Source: an uncultured archaeon (GTDB taxonomy: Archaea > Iainarchaeota > Iainarchaeia > Iainarchaeales > JAAZKV01). From it: a stretch of DNA of 64,000 nt. The notes below the pieces were generated by a model. That model made no database searches and was not told the origin of the DNA. It was given only the letters and a program-made list of their open reading frames with translations. The first letter of the stretch is position 1, and every line of letters begins with the position of its first letter. Shown here piece after piece: positions 26,852 through 36,876 of this stretch. Location of the stretch: assembly GCA_964461205.1 (NCBI GenBank), contig CAYWUL010000001.1:28549-92548 (forward strand), in the 5' to 3' direction. A program made the translations under genes and the position numbers.

Positions 26852-28018
26852 TCAAACAAGTTTCTTATATGCCTTTGCATATTTTTTAGCCGCGATTTCC
26901 CAAGTAAAATATGTTTTGACTAATTCTCTTGCATTTCTTGCACGTTTTTTTGCTTCACCATAATTATCAATAACAAATCTTATCTTGCTTTCAAGGTCCT
27001 TTGGGTTTTCTCTTTTAAAAAGCCACCCAGTTTTTTCATTTACAATTTCATTGCTTCCTGGAATATTACTTGAAATTACTGGGCATTCTGCTGCCATTGC
27101 TTCCAAAATTACTTTTGGGAAACCCTCTCCAAGGCTTGGCAGAACCATACAGTCTGCAGCAGAATAATATTTTGCTAGTTCATTGTGCGGTATTTTTCCA
27201 ATTAGAATAATCTTTTTTTTATCTTTGACTTTTTGGAGTATTTGCTGGAAGTATTCTTCATGAACTGTTGATGCACCAATAACAAATAAACAAACATTCT
27301 TGATATTGTTTATTGCGTCAAACAGATAATTAATTCCTTTTAATGGAGTTATTCTACCAACATACAAGATGTTGAATGTGTCTGAATACTTAGTCATTAC
27401 ATCTGATTTTTTTCTTTTAAAAGAGTTGTAATTAATTCCATTATAAATACTGATTGTTTTTTTTGGATTAACTTTCCAGTATTCTTTTATTTCATTACTG
27501 ACTCCTTTTGAAACCCCTACGACCAAATCGGCATTCTTTGACATTCTCTTTGACAAAAACAGAGTTTTCCTTGAGTCCAACTTATTTTTTATTGAACGGT
27601 AATCTAATTTGGTTGGGAATTTTGCGTTTGCATTAAATAACTCAATGTCACACCCATGTACAGTTAACACGTTTGGAACCTGGACTTTCTTTTGAAACCA
27701 ATACCCATAAAAGTTGTGCAATTGAACAATGTCTTTTTCTATTTTTAGACTTTGTTTGTATGCTTTTTTATTCATTCCAAAATTAAATGCAATTGAAGAA
27801 AGTTTTGAATTATTTAATCTGAATCGTTCAACAGTAAATCCATTTTTATCTTCATGTAATTTTTGCCCTTCCTTATAAGGACAAAGGATTGTTGTTTCAA
27901 CACCAAATTTTGCTAGTTCTGTTGACAAATTATAATAATTTGGAATAAGGCCTCCATAGATGTCTTTTCCATCTGGAAATGTTTCTCCAATAAAACGACA
28001 GAGTTTGATTGTTTCCAT
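26852..28018 (-). CDS. GT4 (GT-B) glycosyltransferase
   Basis: PSLGEGFPKVILEAMAAECPVISS EX7E-type motif. Confidence 0.8.
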   Translation of the reverse strand: METIKLCRFIGETFPDGKDIYGGLIPNYYNLSTELAKFGVETTILCPYKEGQKLHEDKNGFTVERFRLNNSKLSSIAFNFGMNKKAYKQSLKIEKDIVQLHNFYGYWFQKKVQVPNVLTVHGCDIELFNANAKFPTKLDYRSIKNKLDSRKTLFLSKRMSKNADLVVGVSKGVSNEIKEYWKVNPKKTISIYNGINYNSFKRKKSDVMTKYSDTFNILYVGRITPLKGINYLFDAINNIKNVCLFVIGASTVHEEYFQQILQKVKDKKKIILIGKIPHNELAKYYSAADCMVLPSLGEGFPKVILEAMAAECPVISSNIPGSNEIVNEKTGWLFKRENPKDLESKIRFVIDNYGEAKKRARNARELVKTYFTWEIAAKKYAKAYKKLV

Positions 28019-28828
28019 CTATTTCGCTCCTTTTTTTAATTCGTGAAAAAAATTGTATCTTACTGAAAAATTTTTTTCAAGCCACTTTAACATTTCCATT
28101 AAATTATTTATATTTTCTTTTGTAATTCCGTTTTTTACGCCAATATTTTTTGCATGCCCATGAAATGCAATAATTCCATTTTTTTTGATTATTTCTTTTA
28201 GCATTTCCTTGTCTCCAGAATTAATGTCAATATTCCTTGGTATGATAACAATTCCGTCAGAAGCTACCGGTTTCAAATAATTTGTTTTTTCTCCAGCAAA
28301 AGATTTTGTTTTCATATTATAAAATGAGTCTGCTATGCACAATTTATTTTCTTTTAAACAGGGTTTTATATATTTGTTTATTGACCAACCGGGGGGGGCA
28401 AAAACACTTATTTTTATTTTTAATTTTTTAAACTCCATTAATCCTTTTTCTATTCGCTCAACAGTTTCTTTTTTTCCAAGATCCTTAAATTCTTCTCCAG
28501 TATGAGTATTTTTATTGAAATGAGTATATCCATGCATTTCAAGTTTTATATTTTCTTTCATTTTTTGAATTTTACTCAGCCAAAAGCGATTGTTTGATAA
28601 TGCATTTTGTAAATTAATTTTTTCTTTTATTGTTTTGCCAAAAACCATATAGAGATGTTTTTTTATTATTGAGTTAGAATAACTATAAATTGGTGTGCAA
28701 AATGCAGTTACTTTGAGTCTTGGAAAATTTTTAAATAAACTTTTGAGGAGGTTTATTTCCTCAGAGTTTTCTGAAATAACTCCTGGATTGAAATCGTCCA
28801 CCCCAAAAATTATTGTTACTTTTTTCAT
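28019..28828 (-). CDS. polysaccharide deacetylase-like protein (DUF2334-like)
   Basis: IIFGVDDFNP, EMHGYTHF and FAPPGWSIN motifs. Stop/start abuts the GT4. Confidence 0.45.
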   Translation of the reverse strand: MKKVTIIFGVDDFNPGVISENSEEINLLKSLFKNFPRLKVTAFCTPIYSYSNSIIKKHLYMVFGKTIKEKINLQNALSNNRFWLSKIQKMKENIKLEMHGYTHFNKNTHTGEEFKDLGKKETVERIEKGLMEFKKLKIKISVFAPPGWSINKYIKPCLKENKLCIADSFYNMKTKSFAGEKTNYLKPVASDGIVIIPRNIDINSGDKEMLKEIIKKNGIIAFHGHAKNIGVKNGITKENINNLMEMLKWLEKNFSVRYNFFHELKKGAK

Positions 28829-28841
28829 ACTAAACTCTTCA

Positions 28842-30302
28842 TTATTTTTTTATCCTTGGTGCTAACCTACGTAAATCTTTTTTGGTTTTTACTTCAACAA
28901 ATCTTTTAACTCCCCAGATAAGATCATTTGGAGAACGCACTGTAGTCAAAAAATGAAGCATGTTTTTTGGCGAGGTAATACTTTTTTTCATCATTCCATC
29001 AATAACATCAACTGCTTCCATATATGCAATCTCCCGGTCTCTTGCAGGAAATTCTGGCGTTTCAAATACTGGTTTGTCTTTTCCGTAACTCATGAAGCTT
29101 CTGTAATCTACAACATCTTCATAGTCAACTAGTAATTTTCCATGTGCTTTAACATACTCCCACAATCGAGTGCTGGGAAAAGGAACTGCTTGATTTACTC
29201 CGGCAATATCTAAATTGAGGTTCTTCATGAAAGCTACGGTTTCTCTTGCCTTTTCGAGTGTTTCGTTTGGCAAGCCAATAATAAAATGGCCGCCAACGGC
29301 GGGAATTCCAACTTCTTTAGAAAGTTTCACTGCGTGTTTTATTTTTTCAATAGTTGTTGCTTTTCCTATTGCTGCTAATAACTCAGCATTTCCTGTTTCC
29401 ATTCCAAACCATAATTCACTACACCCAGCATCCCTCATTTTTTCTAACAATTCTCTTGAAACAGTATTTACATGTATTCCCGTAGCACAAGTCATGTTAA
29501 TGTTTAAATCTCTATTAATTATTTCGTCACAAATACCAATTGCTCTATCTTTTTGAATTGTAAAATTATCATCAGATATCCCAACTACTCTTTTAACCTT
29601 TTTTGCTGCATGAGGATATCTTTCAAATGCTTGTTCTAGTTCATCAGCAACATTTTCAGGTGAACGGGAACGCCAATTAGTATTAGTAACTGGCTTAGAA
29701 CAATAAACACAATTGTATGGGCATCCTCTGCTAGTCATAACATTAAATGGGGCATGATAACTATCAATGTCCAATAATTCTCTTGCTGGAAAAGGCAAAG
29801 AATCTAAATCTGATATGAGTGGGGCTGGAGGGGTCATTCGTGCTCGGCCATTACTATCTCGGTAAGCTATCCCTCTTATATTACTCAGATTTTTTTCATT
29901 AATCAAAGCATCTATTAAATCAGTAATTATTTCTTCTGCTTCTCCAATAGCAACAACATCAATATCTGGGACTTTTTCTATTATTTTTTCTCTGAAGATT
30001 GTTGCATGTGGGCCTCCAATAATTATTTTGTCACAATATTTACGTGCTTCTTTTATTGCTGATAGAGTATAATAAAATGATGGAGTTGTTGCTGTAAATG
30101 CAACAACCCTTGGATTTTTCTTAAGCTGGTCAAAAAGATATTTTTTTGAACGCATATATGGTGGGTCCGTCGCGTTAGCAAAAACGTCTGCGATCGCAAC
30201 AGAGAAGCCATTTTTTTTCAGTATTGCTGCCAGAGTAGCAATTCCAATTCTCATTTGCCCACTTCCATTTAATTCTACAAACAGAACATCCATAATAATC
30301 AA
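28842..30302 (-). CDS. B12-binding-domain radical SAM enzyme (class B-like), paralog A
   Basis: N-terminal Rossmann-like segment with IIGGPHATIF, then SRGCPYNCVYC (CxxxCxxC). Start may be MDVLFV (30290). Confidence 0.75.
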   Translation of the reverse strand: MIIMDVLFVELNGSGQMRIGIATLAAILKKNGFSVAIADVFANATDPPYMRSKKYLFDQLKKNPRVVAFTATTPSFYYTLSAIKEARKYCDKIIIGGPHATIFREKIIEKVPDIDVVAIGEAEEIITDLIDALINEKNLSNIRGIAYRDSNGRARMTPPAPLISDLDSLPFPARELLDIDSYHAPFNVMTSRGCPYNCVYCSKPVTNTNWRSRSPENVADELEQAFERYPHAAKKVKRVVGISDDNFTIQKDRAIGICDEIINRDLNINMTCATGIHVNTVSRELLEKMRDAGCSELWFGMETGNAELLAAIGKATTIEKIKHAVKLSKEVGIPAVGGHFIIGLPNETLEKARETVAFMKNLNLDIAGVNQAVPFPSTRLWEYVKAHGKLLVDYEDVVDYRSFMSYGKDKPVFETPEFPARDREIAYMEAVDVIDGMMKKSITSPKNMLHFLTTVRSPNDLIWGVKRFVEVKTKKDLRRLAPRIKK

Positions 30303-30377
30303 AGTACTCCAAAACTTTATAATGGCTCCAGTACAAAAGAAGTCTCCTTATTTGTATTGGTCCGGCCAATTATAACT

Positions 30378-30803
30378 TTAGCTTCCAAAGTCACTCAATG
30401 AATTTGTCTTCCATTCAATTGTGGTGTCTTTGCTGATAGTATATGAAGAGATTCCTGCTTGTGCAAAAGAGCCATCAACATACAAACCAAGGTAATAACC
30501 TTCAGGTGGCTGAACACCATCAATAGAATTGACCATCACCCCAAATTCAAATTCGTCATAATCAACCTCGAAATTATTTTTCATTACCTCAAGAGCGTTT
30601 GTTCCGCTTTCGACATCGATTGATTTTTGGACAATTATATTTCCATTTGCATCAGTATATGAAAAATCAATTGTTACCATCTCCGAAGAATTGCTTGCAG
30701 TATCTGTTTGGGTGCAACCAAGCAAAAATAATACTGCTAATAGGAAAAGCAAACTTGTAATTCCTATAACCGTTTTTCTAATGTTTTCTTTTTTTTCAAT
30801 CAT
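30378..30803 (-). CDS. secreted lipoprotein-like DUF4430 (transcobalamin-like C-terminal domain) protein
   Basis: Signal plus lipobox-like LFLLGC. Then GTNALEVMK...FGVMVNSIDGV...YYLGLYVDGSFAQAGISSYTISKDTTIEWK, matching the DUF4430 pattern. Confidence 0.6.
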   Translation of the reverse strand: MIEKKENIRKTVIGITSLLFLLAVLFLLGCTQTDTASNSSEMVTIDFSYTDANGNIIVQKSIDVESGTNALEVMKNNFEVDYDEFEFGVMVNSIDGVQPPEGYYLGLYVDGSFAQAGISSYTISKDTTIEWKTNSLSDFGS

Positions 30804-30826
30804 TTGTTTTCACCCCTTATAATAAA

Positions 30827-32239
30827 CTAATTTTCTTTTTTAATTTTACCTTTATCTAAGAGTGCTCCGATTCTTGATTTTATTTTCTTAACTTTTTTGA
30901 ATGCAAATAATTTTATTCTCATAAATTGAAATGCATTATCAAATTCTTTTTTACTCTTAAAAGAAGTGTTAATTGTGCCACTTTTTAGGTAAATGTCATC
31001 AAAAATTGTTTTCATTTTTATTTTGCCCTGTTTTAAAGCAATATCAAATAATTTTGTTCCGGGGAAATAAATTATTCTGAATCCCCGGTCAATAAAAATA
31101 TTTTCTTTATTATAATTTTTTTCGATAAACTTTCTTGTTTCCTTCATTGTTTTTTTGTTTTCTCCAGGCAGACCAAAAATTATATTGTATGCTCCTTTCA
31201 CTCCGGACCTAGAACAAAGAGTCATGGATTCTTCAACGTCTTGCATAGTTATCCCTTTTCCAGATGTGGCAAGTATTGAATTAGCGGCACTTTCAAGTCC
31301 AAAATTTATTGTATCACAACCAGCGTTTTTCATTAGTTTATAAACTTTCAGACTTTTAACAGAGTTAACCCTTGCCGTACAACTCCATTTGATATTAAGT
31401 CTTTTTTTGATTACTTTTTTACAGAACTCTTCAACCCGTTTTTCATTAAAAAGAAATTCAAGATCCTGAAAGTAAAATGATTTAAAACCAAAATCTTTTA
31501 ATATTTCAATTTCTTTGATCACATCATCGATTTTTCGTTGTCTGAACCCGGGGCCGTACATTGTTTTATTACAAAACAAACACGCTCCGGGGCAGCCCCT
31601 ACTTGATTGTATTATTGCTGCTTCGTATTTTTTCAGGTCAATTAATCCATAATCGGGGACGGGCATTTTTTCCATGTTAAAAGGATCAAACATTTTTTTC
31701 ATTTGAATCCTTTTCTTCTTGTCGAAATAAGCAACATTGTTAGTTTTTTTAAATCCGTTTTTGCAAATATTGGTTATTGGATTTTCTGGCTCACCAATTA
31801 TCAAAAAATCGGCGTGGCTTTTTTCAAGAATAAATTCTGGAAGAGAAGTTGGGTGCGGTCCAAAAACTCCAAACTTGCATTTGAATGCTTCTCTTATTTT
31901 TTTTGAGTTTTTTTCAAGCAATGCTGGTGGCAATGGACATTGCCAACTGCCAATGTAACTGGTGGAAAGAAGCACAAGGTCTGGTTTGAAATATTTTGCT
32001 TTTTCTAATAATGTCCCATAAGAATCAACATTAAGATCAATAATTGAAACTTTTATTCCTTTTTTTTCTAGTATTGTTGCTGGGAAAAGTAAGTCTAGTG
32101 GGAGTTGCTTTCGAAAATGGATAAAAAAAGAATTGTCTTTTTCAATTTCCTTAGGAACTTTTATTTTCTTTGGATATTTCATCTCAACAAACAAGACTTT
32201 TTTGTATTTGTACCTTTCTTTGTGTTTTTCTATTTTCAT
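30827..32239 (-). CDS. B12-binding-domain radical SAM enzyme, paralog B
   Basis: FGVFGPHPTSLP in the N-terminal domain, then SRGCPGACLFC. ...INFGLESA... TIM-barrel landmarks. Confidence 0.7.
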   Translation of the reverse strand: MKIEKHKERYKYKKVLFVEMKYPKKIKVPKEIEKDNSFFIHFRKQLPLDLLFPATILEKKGIKVSIIDLNVDSYGTLLEKAKYFKPDLVLLSTSYIGSWQCPLPPALLEKNSKKIREAFKCKFGVFGPHPTSLPEFILEKSHADFLIIGEPENPITNICKNGFKKTNNVAYFDKKKRIQMKKMFDPFNMEKMPVPDYGLIDLKKYEAAIIQSSRGCPGACLFCNKTMYGPGFRQRKIDDVIKEIEILKDFGFKSFYFQDLEFLFNEKRVEEFCKKVIKKRLNIKWSCTARVNSVKSLKVYKLMKNAGCDTINFGLESAANSILATSGKGITMQDVEESMTLCSRSGVKGAYNIIFGLPGENKKTMKETRKFIEKNYNKENIFIDRGFRIIYFPGTKLFDIALKQGKIKMKTIFDDIYLKSGTINTSFKSKKEFDNAFQFMRIKLFAFKKVKKIKSRIGALLDKGKIKKEN

Positions 32240-32293
32240 AAAATCATTTACCTTTTTGTTTTTTTAAAATTATTCAATTTTATATTATTTTTT

Positions 32294-33616
32294 TTAAAAC
32301 TTATTTTTTACTTCCTTAAATAATATTGGAATAAGGTGTCTAATCTCCTTATAAAAATATTTTAGGTCTCTTGGCATTGGTATTAAAGAGAGTTTTATTC
32401 CCCCGACTTTTCTGAGTAATAAGTATCCAGTAAAACCATTAATTGCTGACCAAATTATTTGGGCAATAATGAGTCCTTTTACTCCTAACCATGGGACAAA
32501 GATAAGCAAAACAATAATCTCGATGGTAAAAGTAATTATTGCTTGTAACAAATTGAATTGGACCTTATTAATGGACTTGAAAATAGTGTCAATTTTTCTA
32601 TATCCTTCAAAGATAAATAGCAATGCTAGTAATGGAATTAATTCTAGTGCAGCAGTATATTTTGGAAAAAAAATGCCGATTATTAGGGGGGCACAAATAA
32701 TTAGGGCTATAGACATAATTACTAGTAAAATTATTGCACCTTTAATACAAATTGAACTATAGTTTTCAATATTTTTTTTGTTATTAAAGTTTTTTGAGTT
32801 TAATGGAAATAATACATCTCCAATTGCTTCACTTGGTGCGTTGAGTGCTAGAGAAGTGACTTTTCTTGCAACATAGTATACTCCAAGTATTGCTGGCCCG
32901 ATGAACAAACCCATTATAATTACTTGAATCATTGATCCTCCTTCTTTTATGACCTCTACTATAACAGAAAATTTTCCGTAAGTGATTACTTCTTTTTTAT
33001 TTATTGGTTTGTTTTTGAAAGAAGTTTTTTTCAAATAAAAAATATAAATTAAAGCAGATCCAATTAAAGACAAATACTTAGAATAAAAGGCACCTTCAAT
33101 GCCATACCCCAAAATAACAACAAATAAAGCAATAAAAATTAAATTAATTAGATTTTCAAGCATTGATGCAACAAAGACTCGATTAAAATTTTCCATTCCT
33201 TTGTTGAGTGATGCAAAAATAGTGGTTAATGGGTTTAGGAACAATATTGCTCCAGCCATAATAATGATGCTAAGTGTTGTGCCCCCCACACTCGTAATTA
33301 TTATGTTATTAAATAACATTAATCCCAGAAATATTGCTCCCGCGATTAGAAATTCTGCAATAAATACTTTTTTGAAAAGACTTTTTGAACTCTTTTGGGC
33401 AGTAAAATTCGTTAGTAAGTTGTTAAGTGTTGTGCTTCCAAACAAATTTGCAAATCCTAAAGCAAATGCGATTATATAGTTAAACAAACCATACTCGGCA
33501 GAGCTTAGTGCAGCAGTTAAAAGAATTGTGTAAGTAAATGAAAAAAGAACAGGGAGTAATTTTTCTGCAAAAGAAAAAGAACTATTTTTAACAAACAAGT
33601 ATTTTGCGTTGCTCAT
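32294..33616 (-). CDS. MOP-superfamily oligosaccharide flippase (Wzx/RfbX-like)
   Basis: 440 aa, about 12-14 TM, N-terminal KNSSFSFAEKLLPVLFSFTYTILLT typical of polysaccharide biosynthesis flippases. Confidence 0.65.
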   Translation of the reverse strand: MSNAKYLFVKNSSFSFAEKLLPVLFSFTYTILLTAALSSAEYGLFNYIIAFALGFANLFGSTTLNNLLTNFTAQKSSKSLFKKVFIAEFLIAGAIFLGLMLFNNIIITSVGGTTLSIIIMAGAILFLNPLTTIFASLNKGMENFNRVFVASMLENLINLIFIALFVVILGYGIEGAFYSKYLSLIGSALIYIFYLKKTSFKNKPINKKEVITYGKFSVIVEVIKEGGSMIQVIIMGLFIGPAILGVYYVARKVTSLALNAPSEAIGDVLFPLNSKNFNNKKNIENYSSICIKGAIILLVIMSIALIICAPLIIGIFFPKYTAALELIPLLALLFIFEGYRKIDTIFKSINKVQFNLLQAIITFTIEIIVLLIFVPWLGVKGLIIAQIIWSAINGFTGYLLLRKVGGIKLSLIPMPRDLKYFYKEIRHLIPILFKEVKNKF

Positions 33617-33729
33617 ATTTTAAAAATCCAAGAACTGCTTTATATACGTATTAGTACAGTTATATTGTTCTTAAAGCAACCAAACATTGTACTAGTTAGT
33701 TTAAAATAAGAGTGTATTTTTGTTGATTT

Positions 33730-35448
33730 ATGCTAGAAAAAACTTTTTACTTTATAAGTATCTTCTTAGTATCGCTAATGATTCTTGGGATTTATCTAGG
33801 GTATTCTGGGCTTATTTCTTTTCAAGTAACTCTTATTACAATAATAATTTCTGCGGTTATTTCTTTATTCATTGTTGTAAAACAAAATAAAGAAGCGGAT
33901 AAAAATTTTAAGTCCAAAAAGAAAAAATTAACAGTACTTGTTTTTTTAATTTTCTTATTTTTTTTTGCTTTTCTTGTTTTTCCGGAAGGGGTTTTTCCAG
34001 TTACTTGTTCGGACATAATGAATCATTCTCTTGCAACCAGAATAATTGGGCAAACAGGATTTATTCCGAATTCTGAATCAGATGCTTTTTTTTCGGGAAT
34101 TCCATTAACTTATGTGCATGTATATCCTCAAGGATTTTATGCTATTTCAGCTCAGATTTATACTCTTTTTCCAAATGCATATTTGGTAAATTCAGTTCTT
34201 GCAATTATTTTAACTTTTTTCTCAGCAATTGGTATCTTTATTATTACTAAAAAAATTTCAAATGAAAACTCTGCGATTTTAGCAACACTAATATTTTTTT
34301 CTTCAATAACCACTTTGTGGATAATCGAGTCTGGTTTTATACCACAGATTCTTGGATCTTTTTTTCTTTTGGTAATACTTTTAGCTTACATACAAAAAAA
34401 CAAAGTATTATTTTTTATTTCATCTATTGGTTTAATCTCTTATCCTCCACTAATAGCCGTTTTATTTTTGTTCTTGATTATTGATTTTTTATTAAAATCT
34501 AATTTTTCTTTTAAAAAAATACAGAAAAACTTTTTTGAATGGATGAAATATTTTATTCTAGCAATTATATCTTTTTTTGTTGTGTTTCCAGAATTCTTTG
34601 GTTTACTAATACAATATACAACCGTTGAGAAATTTTGGAAAGGGGCCTTGTTAATAAGGGGCGGAATTTTCTCACCAAATCCGTTTGGTTTGTTAATTTT
34701 TGTCCCTGTTCTTCTTGTATTATATCTTTTTATTTTTAGGAAGAAAAAATTCTCTATTGGTCTTAGGCCTTGTTTTGCTATGTTGGTTGCTGGGTTACTA
34801 ATGAGCGGGGCGGTGGTATTTTATTTTATTATAAATTTATTACTTACAATAGTTGATGTAAAACAAATTCATTCATTGTACCAAGCAGTTAAATTTTTTT
34901 ATTTTGCGTTAATAATTGCAAGTATTTTTTCAGGAATCGGTTTTGAATTATTGTTTTCTAAATTTACAAAAGGAAAAATAAAATTTATCTTAATTGCAGT
35001 ACTATTATTTGGTGTTGTTTATTTTTTTGGTTACTCAACTGTCTTATTTGCAAAAGATTCTGAAGTAATTGGTTTTTATTCCACTTCAGAATTTGTTGAA
35101 TCTTTGCCAGAAGGATCAATAATTGGTGTGGATTCATGCGCACTAAAACTAGATTATGTTCCGAACCCTTTTATTTATAAATCGCTTTTTGATAATCCTG
35201 ATCCAAGTGGAGAAAATATTTGCAGGCAAACAGAAATAACCCGTGCTTTTCGGCCATCCTATGCAACACACGATTTTATTGATGGGCGGTTTAGGATTTT
35301 TGATTCTACTAGTAAAGAGTTAGTTTTAATTGGTAATGAAATAAATCCAACAATGAGCAATATTAATTATTTTTACACAACTTGTTTAAGCATAAATGCC
35401 CCTCTTATTTTTGAATCAGGAAAAACCAGGATTTATAAAATAAATTAA
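33730..35448 (+). CDS. large polytopic membrane protein with C-terminal soluble domain (possible Wzy-like polymerase or GT-C enzyme); function unknown
   Basis: 572 aa, at least 12 hydrophobic segments followed by about 130 soluble residues. Divergent from the Wzx gene. No diagnostic motif recognised. Confidence 0.3.
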   Translation: MLEKTFYFISIFLVSLMILGIYLGYSGLISFQVTLITIIISAVISLFIVVKQNKEADKNFKSKKKKLTVLVFLIFLFFFAFLVFPEGVFPVTCSDIMNHSLATRIIGQTGFIPNSESDAFFSGIPLTYVHVYPQGFYAISAQIYTLFPNAYLVNSVLAIILTFFSAIGIFIITKKISNENSAILATLIFFSSITTLWIIESGFIPQILGSFFLLVILLAYIQKNKVLFFISSIGLISYPPLIAVLFLFLIIDFLLKSNFSFKKIQKNFFEWMKYFILAIISFFVVFPEFFGLLIQYTTVEKFWKGALLIRGGIFSPNPFGLLIFVPVLLVLYLFIFRKKKFSIGLRPCFAMLVAGLLMSGAVVFYFIINLLLTIVDVKQIHSLYQAVKFFYFALIIASIFSGIGFELLFSKFTKGKIKFILIAVLLFGVVYFFGYSTVLFAKDSEVIGFYSTSEFVESLPEGSIIGVDSCALKLDYVPNPFIYKSLFDNPDPSGENICRQTEITRAFRPSYATHDFIDGRFRIFDSTSKELVLIGNEINPTMSNINYFYTTCLSINAPLIFESGKTRIYKIN

Positions 35449-35470
35449 TCAAAAGTTATTTGGTGTTTTC

Positions 35471-36871
35471 TTGAAGGTTGCTTTAGTTTATCCATTCTTA
35501 CTTTCAGGCCAATCAATTTCTGCTCCACTTGGACTTCTTTATATTGCTTCTGTTCTAAAAAAAGATCATGACATAAAAATAATTGATTCTACTTTTTCTA
35601 AATCAATCGAATTCATAAAAAAAGAATTAATTGATTTTACGCCGGAAGTAGTGGGTATATCAAGTTCTTCAGCAATGGCTGAGGGGGCATTTAAAACAGC
35701 AGAAATCGCAAAAAGAATTGGTTCAATGGTTGTTCTTGGAGGTGTTCATTCCACACTTTTTCGTGAAGAGTGTATAAAAAACAAAAATATTGATTTTGTT
35801 ATTCCTGAAGAAGGCGAAATTCCTTTCAAAGAATTAGTAGCAGCCTTTGAATCGGTGAAAAGTAATGGAAAAGAGTTGTCTCAAGTTGGGTTAGTTAAAG
35901 GGGTTTTATCAAAAAACCACGATTTTATTCCTGCTGAAAAAATAGAGGATTTGGATGTAATTCCCTTTCCTGCGTGGGAATTATTGCCTACTCGAGAAAA
36001 ATATCTGAATGCATCAGGGGGCAGACTTTCAATTATTGCTAGTAGAGGATGTATATTTCGTTGTAGCTATTGTCAACCCACACTAAAAAAGATATTTGGG
36101 GAAAAAGTACGAATGCGATCACCAAAAAATGTTGTGGATGAAATCGAAATGGATGTAAAAAAATTTGGTGCTAAATCAATTGCATTTCAAGATGATACAT
36201 TTACTTGGAATAAAGAATGGCTTTCTGAGGTTTGTGACTTAATGAAAAAAAAATTTAACGGAAAAATTCCTTTTAGAATAAATTCTCGTGTAAATACTAT
36301 TGATGAAGAAAAATTAATTAAACTCAAAAAAGCAGGTTGTTCACTTATTTCATTTGGTGTTGAATCGGGTTCGCAAAGAATTCTCGATGAAATACTTCAT
36401 AAAGGAATAAAAACTGAACAAGTAATAATGGCATTTAATTTGGCAGAAAAAGTTGGCATAAGGGCAACAGCGTATATTATGCTTGGCAATCCAACAGAAA
36501 CAAAAGAAGACATAGAAAAAACAATTTCTCTACTAGAAAAAATAAACCCCTTTAATATTTATTTGTCAGTCACAAATCCCCTTCCCCACACAGACTTATA
36601 TTCTATTTATGAAAAAATGGATATTCTTATTCCCGGTGCAAACAAGTATTATTATCGGAGTTTTGACTCAATGCCTTTGCGATTAAAACACCTAAAAGAA
36701 GAAGACATTAACAAAGCAAAGGAAAGAATAGAAAAAATTGCAAGACAAAAAATGATAAAACATTTAATTAAAGATTATGCTAGAGGGGTTTCACATTTAA
36801 AAATACTGTCAACTGTAAAACTGATGAGAGAAGACTTTGGGTCTGCGATAGCTTTGAAAAAAATATTGTGA
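35471..36871 (+). CDS. B12-binding-domain radical SAM enzyme, paralog C
   Basis: TTG start. VVLGGVHSTLF, then SRGCIFRCSYC. ISFGVESGS landmark. Confidence 0.7.
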   Translation: MKVALVYPFLLSGQSISAPLGLLYIASVLKKDHDIKIIDSTFSKSIEFIKKELIDFTPEVVGISSSSAMAEGAFKTAEIAKRIGSMVVLGGVHSTLFREECIKNKNIDFVIPEEGEIPFKELVAAFESVKSNGKELSQVGLVKGVLSKNHDFIPAEKIEDLDVIPFPAWELLPTREKYLNASGGRLSIIASRGCIFRCSYCQPTLKKIFGEKVRMRSPKNVVDEIEMDVKKFGAKSIAFQDDTFTWNKEWLSEVCDLMKKKFNGKIPFRINSRVNTIDEEKLIKLKKAGCSLISFGVESGSQRILDEILHKGIKTEQVIMAFNLAEKVGIRATAYIMLGNPTETKEDIEKTISLLEKINPFNIYLSVTNPLPHTDLYSIYEKMDILIPGANKYYYRSFDSMPLRLKHLKEEDINKAKERIEKIARQKMIKHLIKDYARGVSHLKILSTVKLMREDFGSAIALKKIL

Positions 36872-36876
36872 TAATT

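Noticed and set aside
30175-30369. 64-aa minus-strand ORF overlapping the radical-SAM A start
   Set aside because: It is an alternative frame of the radical-SAM N-terminus and intergenic region. It is Cys/Trp-rich by chance, with no ribosome-binding site.
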